Source: Lachnospiraceae bacterium (GTDB lineage Bacteria > Bacillota > Clostridia > Lachnospirales > Lachnospiraceae). From it: DNA of 64,000 nucleotides. Positions within the stretch are counted from its first letter, which is position 1; each line of letters starts with the position of its first letter. Location of the stretch: assembly GCA_045657665.1 (NCBI GenBank), contig JAZOTN010000030.1, forward strand, positions 38,364-102,363, read 5' to 3'. Below the pieces are notes generated by a model. That model was not told the DNA's origin, did no database searches, and saw only the letters and a list, made by a program, of their open reading frames with translations. Positions 62,089 to 64,000 of the stretch are shown piece by piece. A program made the translations under genes and the position numbers.

Positions 62089-63740
62089 CCCACCTCTTTA
62101 TGGTTGTAAAGCTCCATATCTATTTCTCCGACGCTTTTCGCCACGATCATGGTGACGATCATATCGCCGAGACAATTACTCATAGCAAGAAACATACCAA
62201 GCAAAGGTCCGATCCCCATGACAAGACTGATGCCTTCGTTTGGAACAGAAAGCTGCTCCAGAAGGACGGAAAGGCAGATAATAACCCCTCCCGGAATACC
62301 TGGAGCCCCCACGGAAAGGATGACGATACTGAACGCAAGCGTCAGGAGGCTTCCCGTGGATATCGGCATCCCGTACATTTTAGCAAGAGTCAGTGAAAAC
62401 ACGGCGAGCAAGATGCAGGTGCCATGCATGTTGATTGTAGAGCCAAGCGGAATGGTCAGTCCGCTGACCTTGGAGCTGACTCCCAGTTTTTTCTGGCAGA
62501 CATCCATGTTGATGGGGATTGCTGCATTTGAGGACGCCATGGAAAATACCTGCACCATGGTAGGCGCATATTTCCGAAAGAAGGTTAGGGGGTTTAACCT
62601 CCCAAGCATTAAGAGCAGAATGATATAAACGGCGATCATCGCAGCCAGCCCGAAAATGAAGGTTCCGGCCATTCCGAGAACGGAAAGGAGTGTCCTTGCG
62701 CCGGTGGTCAGGATCACCGATGCCATGGTAAAGAAAATGGCGATCGGCATGAAACGGATGATGATACCTGCGATCTTCATGAACAACTCATTGCATGCAT
62801 CAAAGAACGATTTCAAAACGATGGAATACTGTCCGATCAGTCCGGCTGCGATCCCGCAGATCAGCGCGAGGAAGATCAGCTGAGGCATGTTGTCGTTCAG
62901 GAACGGACTCAGGAAATTGGAGGGAAACATGTCGATCACGATATCCCTGAAGGAGATCCCTGTCGATGCGCTGATGGCGGAGGTCACGGCAGATCCATCT
63001 GTCATGGATACGTTGCCCGGCTGGAACAGGTAAAAAACCCCGATGCCGACGGAGACGGCAATAACCGTCGTGAACAAATACAGAAGGAGGGTTCTTCCGC
63101 CGATCTTTCCGAGTTCCCTGAGATTTGAAAAGCTTCCCACGCAGGAGACAATGGAAAAGAAGACCACAGGCGCGACGATCATGCGAAGGATATTGAGATA
63201 GATTGTTTTAACCGGGGAAAGGACGTACTCGTTCAGCCCCTCGTTAAAGGACTCCGGAGCAAAGGCGGACAGTAAGAGCGCAATACCGATCCCGGCAAAG
63301 AGTGCAAACAGGGTTTTGTAAAGAAAGGCGCGCCGGTACCGGTACAGGATCATCCGGATATAGTTGTAGCCGTCTCTGTGGCGGTACTTGATGTCTCCGG
63401 CGACGGAACGGAGCATGATGATCCGGATATCTTCAAGAGCTTCCCGGCCGATATCTTTCTCGGAATCCAGAGTGCCGGATTGGATGTGGTCCAAAAGAGG
63501 GTATTCATTTCCCGGTGCGTTCAGCTCAACCCAGGTACGGCCGAAAGACTTTTGCACGCTGACACGAAGGATGCCGTCATCGTTGCCGTGTGCGACAATG
63601 CTTCGGATGATCTCTTCGAGAACCGTGGCGGTTTTTGTTGTATCCCGTTTAGGAACAAATTCGGCAAGACAATCCCGGACAAAGCCTATGGCGTTTCCTA
63701 TTTCCTGCTCTTCCAGTTTGAACTGAGCGGACTTTCTCAT
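62085..63740 (-). CDS. Dicarboxylate/amino acid:cation symporter (DAACS/SDF family) with an N-terminal GHKL-like (degenerate) domain
   Basis: The C-terminal ~400 aa form a polytopic SDF-type core (IVAPVVFFSIV, GGVIICLSVLLEQ). The N-terminal ~140 aa (EIGNAIGFVRDCL...LEEIIRSIVAHG...VELNAPGNEY) resemble the anti-sigma-kinase fold with substituted N and G1 boxes. The ATGA overlaps the MATE gene. Confidence 0.7.
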   Translation of the reverse strand: MRKSAQFKLEEQEIGNAIGFVRDCLAEFVPKRDTTKTATVLEEIIRSIVAHGNDDGILRVSVQKSFGRTWVELNAPGNEYPLLDHIQSGTLDSEKDIGREALEDIRIIMLRSVAGDIKYRHRDGYNYIRMILYRYRRAFLYKTLFALFAGIGIALLLSAFAPESFNEGLNEYVLSPVKTIYLNILRMIVAPVVFFSIVSCVGSFSNLRELGKIGGRTLLLYLFTTVIAVSVGIGVFYLFQPGNVSMTDGSAVTSAISASTGISFRDIVIDMFPSNFLSPFLNDNMPQLIFLALICGIAAGLIGQYSIVLKSFFDACNELFMKIAGIIIRFMPIAIFFTMASVILTTGARTLLSVLGMAGTFIFGLAAMIAVYIILLLMLGRLNPLTFFRKYAPTMVQVFSMASSNAAIPINMDVCQKKLGVSSKVSGLTIPLGSTINMHGTCILLAVFSLTLAKMYGMPISTGSLLTLAFSIVILSVGAPGIPGGVIICLSVLLEQLSVPNEGISLVMGIGPLLGMFLAMSNCLGDMIVTMIVAKSVGEIDMELYNHKEVG

Positions 63741-63846
63741 AACTGATTACTCCCTTGCGCCCTGTTTATAACTATCTAAACAGGACAACTCATTATAACA
63801 CATGAACCGAATGCCTGTCTTAAGGTTTTTCACAAAATTCAGGCGT

Positions 63847-63874
63847 TTGAAATCTGGTTTTTATGTGATATAAT
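63847..63874 (+). promoter_or_regulatory. Putative sigma-A promoter (extended -10) for leuB
   Basis: TTGAAA (63847-63852), a 16-nt spacer ending in TGA, then TATAAT (63869-63874). Confidence 0.5.
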
Positions 63875-63904
63875 AGAAAAGCATTTTTGTCGGAGGAAAA
63901 CAGG

Positions 63905-64000
63905 ATGGAATTTAAAGTTGGAGTGATCTCGGGTGACGGGATCGGACCGGAAATAGTAAGCGAAGCAAGAAAGGTTCTTGATGCCGTCGGAGAAAAGAGC
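63905..64000 (+). CDS. leuB: 3-isopropylmalate dehydrogenase-like (isocitrate/isopropylmalate dehydrogenase family), N-terminal fragment
   Basis: MEFKVGVISGDGIGPEIVSEARKVLDAVGEKS carries the family GDGIGPE motif. The gene runs off the window. Confidence 0.6.
   Translation, partial: MEFKVGVISGDGIGPEIVSEARKVLDAVGEKS

Noticed and set aside
60583-62628. Plus-strand ORFs (191, 153 and 159 aa) opposite the MATE and DAACS genes
   Set aside because: They are antisense to long polytopic transporter genes and have non-membrane, Arg/Pro-rich composition.

Overview
Gene-dense, mostly plus-strand chromosomal window. Gene content and motifs fit a motile anaerobic Firmicute (Clostridia, Lachnospiraceae-like). 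I recognise no rRNA, tRNA, CRISPR array, integrase or prophage structural genes.

Layout:
- 1-8.9 kb: an NRPS-like locus with at least three tandem, translationally coupled A-T-C (adenylation-thiolation-condensation) paralogues. A STAS-kinase fusion and an unknown 496-aa protein follow.
- 9-10.7 kb: an orphan methyl-accepting chemotaxis protein.
- 10.8-23 kb: nrdD-nrdG-amidohydrolase, then a nucleoside uptake and salvage cluster (BMP-type ABC transporter, two nucleoside hydrolases, convergent deoD). The cluster holds two copies of a conserved imperfect-palindrome element in its intergenic gaps.
- 23.1-30.2 kb: one tightly packed operon in which an OmpR-type regulator and its kinase are separated by a GGDEF cyclase, a LarE-like PP-loop enzyme and an AlaX-like editing protein.
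- 30.4-40.2 kb: cheV, a highly charged membrane protein, hisH-hisF, ung, a C11 peptidase and a TlpA-like redoxin sharing an N-terminal anchor, a short FliD-like protein, and tgt.
- 40.2-58.8 kb: an accessory insertion that breaks the widely conserved tgt-yajC adjacency.
- 58.8-64 kb: yajC, ROK glucokinase, two coupled transporters (MATE and a DAACS-type symporter) each fused to a GHKL/anti-sigma-kinase-like domain, and the start of leuB.

The insertion carries an orphan Phd/YefM-like antitoxin, a structured ~190-nt non-coding stretch, a ~1,520-aa secreted Big_2/ricin protein with a recent internal 336-bp duplication, a WG-repeat lipoprotein, a three-gene small-ORF cassette (DUF4160), a same-strand array of seven zinc-ribbon membrane proteins (one frameshifted), an Rpn-type nuclease gene and an HD-GYP gene.

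The most interesting candidates for undescribed biology are the zinc-ribbon membrane-protein array and its island context, the A-T-C array, the conserved palindromic element in the nucleoside operon, and the GHKL-domain-fused transporter pair. All domain calls come from motif reading by eye. No database search was run.
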